Of a stretch of DNA of 64,000 nucleotides, positions 14,101 through 27,007 are shown piece by piece (the first letter of the stretch is position 1; every line of letters begins with the position of its first letter). The position numbers and the translations under genes are program-made. The DNA lies in contig OX597815.1 in assembly GCA_951406725.2 (NCBI GenBank), positions 57,660,001 through 57,724,000 on the forward strand, written 5' to 3'. The notes under the pieces are model-generated. The model saw only the letters and a list, made by a program, of their open reading frames with translations, ran no database searches and had not been told where the DNA came from. This DNA is from Octopus vulgaris (Eukaryota).

Positions 14101-14750
14101 ATGTACACCCTATACATCACTAATTTGTGATCCATGTAGGGTACGTATGTAAAATGTGGATAGCTAAAACTATCCTTATCTCTAATACTTACTCATCATC
14201 ATCATTGTTCGACTATCCTGTCTATGTAAGACCTGATAGCCCAAGTCCACATTGGAATGCTTGGATTGTCAAGTCTATATCGATCTGCCAGCATGAAATG
14301 CTTCAGCAGATCGATAAGGCATGAGTTCCCCTTTCTATTAATTGAGCCTACGCTATCCAGGCATGCATCCAGTATAGCGTTAAAGTCCCCTAATACAACT
14401 ACTGTCCTTGATGTCACCAGGTTGTTCTCCAGGCATTGATAGAAGTCATTCTGTTTGCCTAAATTCCCAGGCACGTAAATGCCAACCAACCAGATGGCCT
14501 TACCTCAGTATGTCAGATCCAGAACGACCGACTCGCCTTCTGGGTCCACAAAGATAGTATGTGTCTGCATGGCCAGGCTTTTGCAGATCAAGACCGCTAC
14601 CCCTCTGATCCCCCCACCTCCTGGCTAGGAGATATTATCTTCTTGTAGTCGTTTAGGAGGGCTGAGAAGGCCTGCAGCTTGTCCAGCCTGGTCTCTGTAG
14701 CAACCATACCGTGTGACCTGAGGTCGTCGAGAAGGCATTTTTCTTTTTTA
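11150..14750 (-). mobile_element. Tx1/L1-clade LINE, ORF2 and 3' UTR, frameshifted
   Basis: Endonuclease (VLGDFNA, WTW..SYIDRI, DHK, GSGYWKLN), RT (WPITLLNTELKILA, LDQSKAFNRVDH, Q.CPLSPLLY, AYADDV) and C-terminal CPRC...HAFIHC zinc knuckle; AATAAA near the 3' end. No ORF1 seen. Confidence 0.9.
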
Positions 14751-15017
14751 AACCAAAAATTTCGCACAAAAAGTAGTAACAGTTTCTCCCGAACGGGAGC
14801 ACAGTTCAATATCGCACAAGAATTTTACAAACAATAACTTTAAACACAATATCCTTCTCCCAAAGGGGGAGGATCGCTGTTCACAATGTATAAGTACAGA
14901 AAAATAATCCAACAATGTTTCCCTTACGGGAAACCAACAAACACAGATATAACAATAACGCAATATTAACAACTGACCTTACAGTGAAAGCAATCAAATA
15001 AGAATGGAAGAAAGTAA

Positions 15018-15421
15018 GTCTGGAACCAACAGAATTTCTTTATTTCCTTATAAAAAGGTTTACATAGATGGGACATAACAAGGACAGACAAAAGACGTGT
15101 AGGGGACAGACATACATTCTTACACATATGATTTAAAAACGAATGAAAAATTAAAAATATAAATGGCGAATGATAAATTAGTTTCAGGTTAATGATTTAA
15201 CCCGCTGGTCATTTTTTCCTTTTTCGGCCACCTTTTCCTTATCTTTTTATTTTTTGACTGATCGTGCCAGTATGGCTCCATTCAATCTTATCTTTCTTAC
15301 AACTGTCATCCATCTTTTTTCAAACATGCTTTGCGACAAGCTCCTCCTCTCCAGACGGACCTTACTAGAGAGGTGGGCGATGAAGTAATCCACCAGCCCA
15401 CATCCGGAGATGAATTGGCCT
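15018..15421 (-). mobile_element. Second, 5'-truncated copy of the same Tx1-like 3' end
   Basis: Diverged direct repeat of ~11189-11610 (GTCTGGAACCAACAGAATTTCTTTATT...GATGAATTGGCCT). Confidence 0.9.
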
Positions 15422-16119
15422 GTCACATGTGAGCATAAAAGCAATAATTCTAAATCTGACAAAAAAAAAATTGCTTGGTGCTGTTGAGAGATGCAATTTT
15501 ATGATTAAAAACTAAATTCAAAATTAAAATTTTGGAACACACATACAATACTTACTTGCTCTTTCCTAAAATAAGATTAGTTTTCAATACCTCACTGAAA
15601 TAATGAAGTTTACAATGGCAATATATATGTATGCCTATTTGTGTGTGTCTTTAATGGCCAGTGGTCAATCTAAGATCGCTGTGCTCAGTCATGTATTGAA
15701 AGAAGGAATTTGAACTATCAATCTCTTTATCTATCTTTATATACATCCATACTCTCTCTCACAAACATGCACACACACACATACACAGATACATACATAC
15801 ATTTTTTGGAGTCTTATGTTGTTTCTGTCAATGTCCCAAAAAGAACAATAATTAATTCTTATAGGAATTGTGGTTGCTTTGGGAATGGGGAGTAGTGTTT
15901 TTTAATTGAATGAATTAATGTCACTAATGTAGTTAAAAGTAGTTATTTATCAAAAAAATATTGTTAATTGAAAGAGAGCCTCTGCATGCAAGATTGCTGA
16001 GAGGAAGGGGGAGTCCCTATATTGAGTGCGACATACCCTTCATAGCAGGAGGATCCTATGTCCATGGGAGCCTGGGGCAATTGCCCTCTTTGACCCCCTA
16101 TAAACCAGGCCCTGGTACA

Positions 16120-16920
16120 ACCTAATCCATGGTTCACATATTTCAATGAAGATCGCTAGGGAATTTTGGGCTGCTTTTGACAAATGCTTCCCAAAATCAA
16201 ATAGATATCACATCATTTTTGATAGACACACTGTGAAGGTATCATACATTAACTGTATTAATTTAGAGCAGCATATGAACCACATTAATAACAGAAAAAC
16301 AAACCAAGCGTTGAATAACCTAACTAAAGCATATGATGTGTGAACTACTTCTGGTCAGACAAATAGGAATGACAGCAAATATATACAACAAAATGACAAG
16401 AAAGGATATACCATTCAGAATGAAAACCACCTGCTGCAACCACATCATGACAGCAATAATAATAGCAATTTAGCCAACATGGTTACAGTGTTGGAAAATA
16501 AAGTCAGCACTGCCACAAATCCAAAATTTAATAAATGCTCATGCAGAGAAAAAACAAAATTCCCATTGATGAAACTCTATACAAGTACCAATATTGTATA
16601 TAAGTACACACAAGGGGCAGACCATCTGTTTACATTGGGGTAATGGTTGATTTGTTCAAGAACCATTATTGTAACCCAGTCACCGACTTCAAGAAAATCA
16701 ACAAAAGGCATTTGACATTTTGGCTGATTTTGTGTGGCGAAATAAGGAAGATAAAACTGAATATGATTTAACATGGTCCATAATAAGAAATGCACGACCA
16801 CACAATATCCTTTCCAGGAGATTAGACTCTGCTCCAAGGAATCACTGTCTATTATGTGGGCCAATGAGAAGATCATTAACAGGATTTCTAAAAGACTATC
16901 AAGATGCTTGCATATTTGTT
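16120..16920 (+). mobile_element. Penelope-like element relic (linker and GIY-YIG)
   Basis: FDKCFPK..RYHIIFDRHTVKVSY, CSCREK..FPL, YIG, FVW..K......LTWSII, RLCSKE..SI, SRCLH; broken by frameshifts. Confidence 0.8.
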
Positions 16921-17389
16921 GTATATATTTTTTGTGTTTACATCTTGTGGTGAGTGATACTTCTTTATAAAATGCACTTTTACACAATGAAGTCAGAATG
17001 AATTTTTGTAATCATTGACCAAATTAATAACCACGCACTGATGAATTACCCTCCTCATTCTTATAAACATGATGTCACACTAGTTACCAATATAACTGTG
17101 TTACTCTTTGGCCATTGTATACCAATTAATGTGAGAAAAATACCAACTTCAGCTTCTCAAGAACCCCACCACAGATTCTGTGACTCCTCACCAGGCAGAG
17201 TTGTATCACTAGCCACATTTAGGCACCGACTTTATGAATATCTATTTAATTCACTGGATGTGCGCTAAATCATGCACATGCATATGTGAAAGATTGTACA
17301 AGCGAGTGTATGTGCACCAAAGAACATAAGCAAGAGCATTTGTACATCCATATTGGTTATATCTAATACTTATTCACTTTATTGTGCAT

Positions 17390-18322
17390 GTATTTCTTTT
17401 TGCCACCATGGAAGCCAGGCAAGGTGGTGCTGGCATCGACCACGTACGGATGGTGCTTTTTACGTGCCAGGGGAGGCTGGCAATGGCCACGATCGGTTGG
17501 TGGTTTTTACGTGCCACTGACATGGAAGCCAGTCAAGGCGGCGCTGGCAACAGCCACAAACGGATGGTGCTTTTTACGTGCCACCGGTACAGGTTTCAGG
17601 GTAGGCTGGCAACGGCCACGATCGGTTGGTGCTTTTTACATGCTACCGGTGCGGAAGCCAGTCAAGGCGGCACTGGCATCGACCACGTACAGATGGTGCA
17701 TTTTACATGGCACCGGAACAGGTATCGGAACTACAATTTCCATTTGATTTTTTGATGCTGATGTACTTGACTCAATAGGTCTCCTCAAGCACAGCAGGTC
17801 GCCCTATGATCTAAGGCACTTTGGAAGGGCTGGGGCCTCTATGTGAAGCTGGTGCAGGTAACAGCCATGAACTCACATTATATGTTGGGTCTTTGCAGTC
17901 ACAGCATATCTCCAGAGGTCTCGGTCTTCCGTCATTGCCTCTGTGAGACCCAACATTCGAAGGTTATGCTTGACCACCTCATCCCATGTCTTCCTGGGTC
18001 TACCTCTACCCTGGATTCCTTCAACTGTTTGGGAGTGGCACTTCTTCACACATCTCTCCTCATTCATCCGTAGTACATGACGATACCAGCGCAGACGTCT
18101 CTCTTGCACGCCATATCCAATGCTTATGTCCAGCATTTCTCTCAGGGCACTTACACTCTGTCGTGTATGCACACTGACATTAAACATCCAGCGGATCATG
18201 CTAGCTTCATTTCTTTCAAGTCTACGCATGTCCTCTGCAGTCACAGTCCATGTTTCACTACTGTGAAGCATGGCAATTCGCACACATGTGTCGTACAATC
18301 TACCTTTCACTCTGAGTGAGAG
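17390..18322 (-). mobile_element. RTE LINE 3' fragment with minisatellite-containing 3' UTR
   Basis: ORF 17873-18310 (KGRLYD.CVR.AMLH.SETW...RRLRWY.HV.RM...GRGRPRKTW); about five imperfect repeats containing TGGTGCTTTTTACGTGCCA at 17400-17730. Confidence 0.9.
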
Positions 18323-18409
18323 ACATATATATATATATATATGTGAGTGTGTGTGTGTCTCTCTCTCCCTCTATATATATATGCATATAAGTGTACATAA
18401 GTATATATT

Positions 18410-18446
<37 letters not shown>

Positions 18447-18654
18447 TTGAATAAAGCATATTACTCTACCACTGGTATTTGAGTACTCTTTTTTCCACCT
18501 TGTTTCACATTTATGTGTTTACTCCGGTATATATATATATACTAGGTCTGATCAACAAGTATCTGACGATTAAGGACGATTAGGCTACTATTTTTAGCAG
18601 TTCAAGAAATCAAATAAAGGTTTCGACTTTGTTGTCTTAACCTTATATTTCTTG

Positions 18655-18668
18655 ATTTCCATGGCAAC
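18655..18668. promoter_or_regulatory. Candidate RFX X-box
   Basis: ATTTCCATGGCAAC matches the palindrome GTTGCCATGGCAAC at 12 of 14 positions; ETS-like ACTTCCG about 12 bp downstream; in apparently unique sequence ~800 bp upstream of the DNAJB11 ATG. Confidence 0.4.
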
Positions 18669-19475
18669 AAATAGATGCAACTTCCGTAATTTTGACAACG
18701 GAGGTTAACAATTGGCTAAAAGTAAATAACTCAAAATGTTTGTAACTTTATTATTAATTTCTAGGAAAAAATGAATGCGATTTTCATCGTCAACATACGA
18801 AAGTACATTAGCCTAGAAAATCTGAAAAACAATCAAGTGAAAATTTGAAATATTTAAAATGGTTGGAAGAAATTTAACAAGATCCCCTTTCTCATTCTGT
18901 CTTGGCTTACAAGCTTTAAATTTTGAAGAGCGCCTTAAGAAAAATGTTCAGGAAATAGAATCACTCAAATCTACCCTGAAAAAAATGTATAAAAAAGATG
19001 TTACCACCATAATTATAATTTACATAACCGAAAGTTTTTTCTGTAAAATTTCTGAGGAAACTAAGTTAGACTGTTGGGGGCACTAAACTGTAGTTAGACA
19101 GTTGTTTCATCTTTACAACATAACTTTCAAAACCGTGAATGTATAGTGAGTAATTTCTCAGTTCCATTTTGAAGCTTCGCAATATCAATTCAAACTAAAT
19201 TTTCGTCAGATAAAAAGTCTAATTGTAAGAAAATTAAAAAGACAAGCGGTATTAACGATACCCTGACTCCATTTGTATCCCTATAACCGAACATAACAAT
19301 GCAGCAAAATTCATTATTTCATTACTTTCTTTTTAAAACGTAATAATCTAATAATTTATAAAATATTCAGAAATATTATACATAATTTTTTAATTGACGT
19401 TTTAAATCTATCTATTTGCTTCTATTGGACTTGATTTTTAATTATTTGGTGCATATCTCAACATTCGTGCTGACG

Positions 19476-19546
19476 ATGGCGTCGTATACTAACATGCTGG
19501 TATTGTGTCTCAACATCTTTCTTATGTTTCTGCATGTCATGGCTGG
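19476..19546 (+). CDS. DNAJB11: DnaJ homolog subfamily B member 11 (ERdj3), coding exon 1, signal peptide
   Basis: Encodes MASYTNMLVLCLNIFLMFLHVMA(G), a hydrophobic signal peptide, ending GG|GTAAG. Phase 2 joins the A at 47280 to give A-G-R-D-F-Y, as in human VIAGRDFY. Confidence 0.8.
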
Positions 19547-20400
19547 GTAAGAATACAATTTTTAACGATTTAATTAGTTTACAAATATAATGTTTATTTA
19601 ATATTGCTATTGCGTCTGGTTTTCTATCGTACTAAATATGAAACTAAGTACTTTGTTACGGAATGTTATTTAGAGAACTGTAGATGCTTCATTATTGTAA
19701 GTTTAGTTCATTACCTTTGTCTGTTGCACTGGTTTGCCTTGGCTTCAAACAAATACCAGTAATAAAAAGAAGAAATTGTTGAATACCTTTCCACGTTGTG
19801 GAATGCTTCTGCCTTATCTAAAAATAAATAAACCATTAATATGCAACTATTGTTGCGAATGTTAGCTGTTAAATTTGAAAAAATTGTAAATTTTCAAACT
19901 AAGATCTAAACAATTTTGTTTGGTGTAAGACATTTCGAAAATTGGCTATAAACTATTGTAACTAATACAAAAACAACTTTATTGACCGCTGTATGATCGT
20001 TTCTAGAAACAAAATAGTGGGGGAAGACAACTAACTGTAAGATCTTCATGTACAAATTTATTTAGCTATTGTAAGATTATCATTCAGAATAAAAGGAGTT
20101 GGAAATGAAAAATTAAATGAGTAAAATCGTGTTTTGTCAAAGCATTTTATAAGAGTTGACTAGCAGACAGCTACTTGAATGCTTGCGTGTTGCTTTATCA
20201 TTGGCTGAGCCACACATTATGCCGGCTTGATAGTTTTGCACATCACTTACCGACGGATCGGTAAATAGTCAACGTTCCTTTCTTCCTTTCAGCGAGGATA
20301 GTGTTGAAAATAGTTCAGCAGGGTTTTTTTCGCCAAAATAACCAATCTTAAGTATCTTGATTATGCATCAATGTGCATACGTTGTTTGTAATATACGAAA

Positions 20401-21020
<620 letters not shown>

Positions 21021-21864
21021 AAATAAACCAAATGGGGTGGTAATCGCTGTCTTCGGTATATCATTTTCTGCAACAGGAATTTGATTGTATGCTCTGACTA
21101 AATCAATTTTTGAAAAAATAGTACAACCACTCAAAGAAGTTGCAAATTCCATAATGTGTGGTATTGGATATTTGTCTACTTTTGTTTTTGCATTAAGTTG
21201 CCTGAAGTCTCCACAAGGTCGCCAGTCTATAAGATTTTTCTTTACCATAACTAATGGCGTTGACCAGCTACTACTGGAAGGACGGATTATACCTAGATCC
21301 ATCATATGACGAAATTCTGCCTTAGCCACCTTCAATTTTTCAGGAGATAATCTTCTCGGCTTAGAAAAACTTGGTGGTCCTTGTGTGACGATGTGATGTT
21401 CTACCGAATACACACACTTGGTATTTAGAGCTAACTGTTTCGTGATATTTGGATAATTCTTCAAAATCCTGTGATATCTATTTTCCGAGGATGCTATGAA
21501 ATACAATGGACTGACTGTGCTTTTTCTGCATCTCATTCCTTGAATTTTTAATGAAGTTTCTGTGTCTATCAATTTTTGTTTTTTAACATCTACCATTAAA
21601 TGATAGTGTGCCAAAAAATCCGCTCCTAATATTGGATATGGTAAATCTGCTACTATGAAGATCCATTTATACTCTCTTCTTAAATTTATATCTAGAGTTA
21701 AGTTAATCTCTCCAAATGTTTGGATTTCAGATTGATTAACTGCTTGAAGAGTCAAATATACAGGTTTGGTATTTTGTTTTAAAAGCTTTACAGGCCAAAT
21801 TGAACAAGCTGCTCCTGTATCAACTAAAAACCTTTCTTTTGAGTTTAAGTCATAGACGAAAAAT

Positions 21865-21929
21865 ACGCGACTTTTTATGATGTTATCCACAGATTTTGCC
21901 GCATCTAATCTGTGGTTGAGAAGTTTCCC
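21865..21929 (-). promoter_or_regulatory. -1 programmed ribosomal frameshift signal between gag and pol
   Basis: Slippery G GGA AAC (21929-21923) in the gag frame, 7-nt spacer, 9-bp stem CCACAGATT/AATCTGTGG; the -1 frame runs directly into the protease ORF. Confidence 0.85.
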
Positions 21930-23037
21930 GAATTTTTCTTTTTTGTGTTTAGGAAATCAAATGCACAAGGTTTAATACATTTGAATGATTTGTCTCCAAA
22001 TTTTGCATGGTACCAACATATGGCGTTTCTCTTGAAACTAGGGCTCCTTGATCTCCTGCGCCATCTTGTATTATTTCGTTGAGCAGAGCCACTGTCTCTT
22101 TTGAGTTGTAAACTTTCTATTTTTTTGTTAATAACTCAAATTGTTTTTCGTAACTCTTTTTTAACTCCTGTATTTCATTCGAAATAGATGGAATTGCATT
22201 CACAGATTCTTTTGACGATAATTCCAGAATACCGTCTAAATCTGCCAACTGTTGAATGGAGTTTTGGTTTTTAACGGCCGAAAGCAAAGTTTGAGTTTTA
22301 TATGACAATTTAGTGAAAAACACTTCCTTGAGATAAGATTCTTCTATCTGCTGATCTCCTGGAAGTTCATTCATCCTTCGCAGAAGTTGTGTGGGTTTTT
22401 TTATTTCCCAATTCTTCATTGTTAAATAACTTCGCAAATTCTTTTTGTTTCGAATTTGATGTTCGTTTTAATATTTCCTCTTTAATGGAAGAATACAAAA
22501 CTGGTTCGATAGGGGTTAGCAGCAAATCTCTAATTTCATTACTTTGAGGTGGAGGTAAATTGTTACGCATTATATTGTATTTCTGTTCTTCATTTGTAAT
22601 TTTGTTAGCTTTAAAGCTTGCCTCCAGTTGTGCCAACCAAATGACGGTGTCTCCTGTCCATGGAGGACCAGGCAATACATTCACAGAAGCTTGTGTGTAA
22701 TTCCTATTGAAATATGACATCTCAAATTCTTTTAAATTCTGCTCCATTATATGTATAAATATCTTCTCAAAGGAAAATTTTTTTTTTCTTGTTATGTTAC
22801 TAAGCTTTTAACAGCTCAAAATATTTTTATATTGCTAGAAAGTGCAGCTAAAATTTTCTTTCTTCAGCATTCTTTTTGTTTCAACTTACTTTTAACTATT
22901 TGTTAATAAAATATAATTATGCAGTAATTCTGTAATTTATGTTTATTATATTATTAAATTTTCCACCAGTGTGTCGGTGTTTATAATTTTTTTTTTTTTT
23001 TAAATTTTTCTATAGGGTTTTCCTATAGGCTGTTTTA

Positions 23038-23050
23038 GTCGGGGTCACCA
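23038..23050 (-). promoter_or_regulatory. Primer binding site, tRNA-Trp
   Basis: TGGTGACCCCGAC is complementary to the 3' end of tRNA-Trp (GTCGGGGTCACCA). Confidence 0.85.
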
Positions 23051-23719
23051 ATTTTCCTATGGCGGTTTTCGGTTATTCTACCTTAAGCTTTCTCTTAGGT
23101 TATATTATTTATTTTGGCTTTTCTCTGAGTAAGGGAGAATATAATGATTCAACGTCACTTATACTCAAGTGTTATCATTATACCTAAAACCCTAGTTACA
23201 GTTATAACGTCATATAGACATATACATGAAACGCTATATTAATGACATGTATGTTGAATATTTTAATCGTGTCCTTTAAACCGCTATAAGAAAAACATAA
23301 TCAAGGATTACAGAAATGCATACTTATTTATGCTCAGTTGAAAAACAAACGTGAAGAGAAACATTTTCTTTTTAATTATTTTTTATTATATAAATATAAC
23401 ATTTTATATTATTTACAGTAAGAAAGATAACTTTGTTGTGAAGAAAAACGACTATAAATTCATTAGCTAATTTCCTCTTTCTATCTAATACATTAACCAA
23501 CAAATCAAAATAGATTTGTGATTAACTTAGACATGGCATAAAAATTACTGATGTCTCCAAAAGAGTGAGTGACGTGGAGTTTAGTGACATCCAACGAACA
23601 CTAAAGTTTTTCCCCAAATCCCGGGTTTTTATAACTGCTCAACTTGACTAAAAAGAATCGAAATTCAGGACAAATATTCTTTATGAAACTTTTAGAATTT
23701 TTATATGAGCAGTTATATT

Positions 23720-25850
23720 AACCAATGGGAAAAAACAAAAATGATAATTCTTCGGCAAAGACATTACGTCATATTGCCAATTCGCGCCACATTTCAAAAT
23801 GGCTAAAATGGTTATTGCTACAGTAGGATTAGATCAAAATGTCTGGTAACTGGTCGTTCTTTGGTCCAAAATGTAATTTATAAATGCACGATAATAACTT
23901 CTAGCAATAGCTTTCTTTATTTCGGTTGTTCGGTGGATCTTAAAAGACGTCTTAACAATCATTTTTCCTCTTTTAGGCTCAAACATAAGGCAGGTTGCAC
24001 AACATTATCTTGCAAAATTTGGGAACTAAAAACAAATAATATAAAATTCAACCTAGTTAGAAGAGCGCAACCTTATAGAAATAGTAGGGATGGTTGTCAA
24101 CTGTGTTCTATGGAAACTTATGAAATTTTAAAACATCAGAGTAATACAAATCTGTTGAATAACTGTTTGGAGCTGGGATAATCTTGTATACATCATACGA
24201 CCCGAACATTTAAATACTTTAAATAATAATTTTGAGAATATTCCTATATTTTTCAAATTTTAATTCTTTGTAACCAAATACGAAAGAATATACCATACTG
24301 GCTTTCAATTTAACATTCATAGATAACTACAAAAACTTCACTGCAAACTTAAAATTGAATCCTTTTTTCTAAAATTAAACTGTATGAATCTAAATAGTTG
24401 GAATCCTAAATAGTATGAATCCTAAATAGTAGGAATACTAAATAGTATGAATCCTATGTCCCTAAAGAAACTATTCGGTTCACCTTGATTATCTCACTTC
24501 CATTTCTTAATATATAATTAGTCTAAGATATCTTTACAAAATATATATTTAACCAAATAGGAACGAATATACCATACTGGTTTTAGTTTAACACTCATAA
24601 ATGATTTAAAAACTTCACTGCAAACTTAAAATTAAATTCTTTTTTATAATGTTCTCCAATACTAAGTAGCATTAATCCTATGTCCCTAGAGAAACTATTT
24701 GGTTCATCCTGATTATCTCACTCCCATTTCTTAATATATAATTAACCTAAGATATTTTTACCTAACTAATTAACTTTTATCCGCAGGTAGTAAATTTTAT
24801 TCCCAATAGATCCTATACTTTAATTCATTAATATCAACTCACTATCCATGAAATTTGAATAAATCCTTAAAAAATCCTTTAAAATGTTTTAGCCCGAAGG
24901 CCGCGGCCATGCTGGGGCACCACCGCTGAATAGTTTACTCTTCCAAATTACCTCTCTTCATATTATAAAATATCACTTTCTACTAAACCTATGAATATAT
25001 TCCTTCTTTGATTTTCCCTCTTCCATCTTTCTTAGTATATATTTTGACCCCTAATATGTTCACTTGATTAATAAGGCTTTTTCCCCCAGTTAATAAGTAC
25101 TATGCTTACTCATAATAAGTGATAGTCTTTTTTTCCAAATTGAATAAATTTTGGATTTATATTTTTACCTTTATTCTAACGTGTCAAAGTACTTGGAACT
25201 TATAGACTAACTGTTGTGGTGATGTGTATAGGGTTTATAAGGTCTCTGCATTCTCTGTGAATGTTATTGTGACCACTTGACATTGACCTAGTTCTCCTAA
25301 CGCTGAATCTGTTCATCAAATAGTAGTAATTGGCATTTAGTTGTGACAATGTTGTTTTCTACATAAATTCCTTATATTGGAGCTTTGACATCCCCTTTAC
25401 CCCATTTCTATAATTAGAAAATCTTTATTGTCTCCTTTCATTTGTTCTTCCCTCTCATAACCTTACAGTAGTCTGGAACAACTAAATCTTAGTCAGTCAG
25501 TTGATGGGCTCCACTACCTCAAATGTTCTTAAAATTTAAATCCACATCTTTGTCTATATACCTACCTTCTCTATAATGTTGCCACTTGATATGAAAATTT
25601 TTGTATTAATGGAAAACCTCTATAATTGGCTGATGAGTGCTCAGCATTTTAAAACTGTTGTAATACTTACAACATTTAATAAAATTATGTAGTATGAAAC
25701 GATCGTACCAAATTACCGGAGTCATTCTTGTTGCTTATTTTGATTATAATCACCCCACGGATTTTTATGGATAACACCATGCACAATTCTGGTGCATCTA
25801 AATTAAATACCATATTCATTTGAATCTAAATTTTTGCTGAACTTATATAT
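23720..25850 (+). mobile_element. Penelope-like element 3' part: GIY-YIG relic, long 3' region with internal duplications, hammerhead-bearing pseudo-LTR
   Basis: ORF 23861-24181 (NVIYKC...YFG....LKRRLNNH.SSFR...TTLS..IWELK...CQLCS.E...I...LLN); canonical hammerhead near the end. Confidence 0.85.
25623..25715 (+). ncRNA. Type I hammerhead ribozyme (PLE-associated)
   Basis: TAATTGG CTGATGA GTGCT...AGTAT GAAAC GATC GTA CCAAATTA: intact core, palindromic stem III ACGATCGT, GUA cleavage triplet, long stem II capped by TGTTGTAA-tac-TTACAACA. Confidence 0.85.
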
Positions 25851-25896
25851 ATGTATGTATGTATGTATACATACTTATATATATGTATATATATAT

Positions 25897-26380
25897 ATAT
25901 TGTTATATTTCGGAATGGTCATATTGCCAGTTTAGCCAATAAAAACACACGCACTATATATTTGGTGTTATTTTGCTTCAGTGATATTTATTTTTTACAT
26001 TAATCTTAATCTTATTTCGGCCAAAGTTCTTTCGTCACACTCCTGTGACCGCATCAGTGGTCCTTTGTTTTCTTCTCACTTATTTGTGTCTCTCCTTACT
26101 AACCGTCAGCCATTTTGTATTTCTATTGCATGTCTTCATTTGCGCATGCTTATATCTCTATGTGCGTCTATGTTTATTTAGTGTGTGTGTGTGGGGGGGA
26201 TGCCTGTAATATTTGTATCTTCTGTTTATATACATTCTTGTAATTTGTATTTTGTTTTTGTTGTTGTTGCTTTTGTTCTAATTTTGTTCATGTGTTTACA
26301 TCCACCCATTATTATCATTACATATGCTTGTATGTATGTATAACAACAATATTAGTAATAATAATAATAAATCTAATCGA

Positions 26381-26447
<67 letters not shown>

Positions 26448-26976
26448 TATACATATATATATATATATACACACATACATACATAGATATATATACATAT
26501 ATATAGTTATTCATTTCTATCTGTTTATTTATCTGTGTATTTATTATGTTTTCAGGATCCTCTATCGTCATATGTTGTGGTGTGTGCTATTGCTCCATTC
26601 TAGTTTTCTATTCAGGCTAGGTTTATTTTCTATTATATGTGTAGCTTCTGTAATTTGTCTAATTGTTGCATCTGTTCTATGTGTGGACAATATCTTAATC
26701 TCTATGTTATTGATTGATCCCCCATGTTCCTGTTTGGCGTGTTGGTACAGAATCGATGAGCTTTTACCTTCCTTGAGTTGTCTCCAATGTTCATTCACCC
26801 GCTCTCCAATGCTTCTTGCTGTTTCCCCTACGTATGTTACTGTCTCGTTACTGCATCGTCCCTCTATACATCTTATACTATAGACAGATAGATAAATAAA
26901 CAGATAGAAATGAATAACTATATATATGTATATATATCTATGTATGTATGTGTGTATATATATATATATGTATATG

Positions 26977-27007
<31 letters not shown>

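Noticed and set aside
17400-17730. Repeat-spacer-like array (also 28300-28560) resembling CRISPR
   Set aside because: Imperfect minisatellite in the 3' UTR of RTE LINEs; the intervening segments are related to each other, the context is eukaryotic and there are no cas genes.
26500-26572. Possible SECIS after the TGA ending the GIY-YIG fragment
   Set aside because: An ATGA is present but I could not form the required kink-turn stem by eye.
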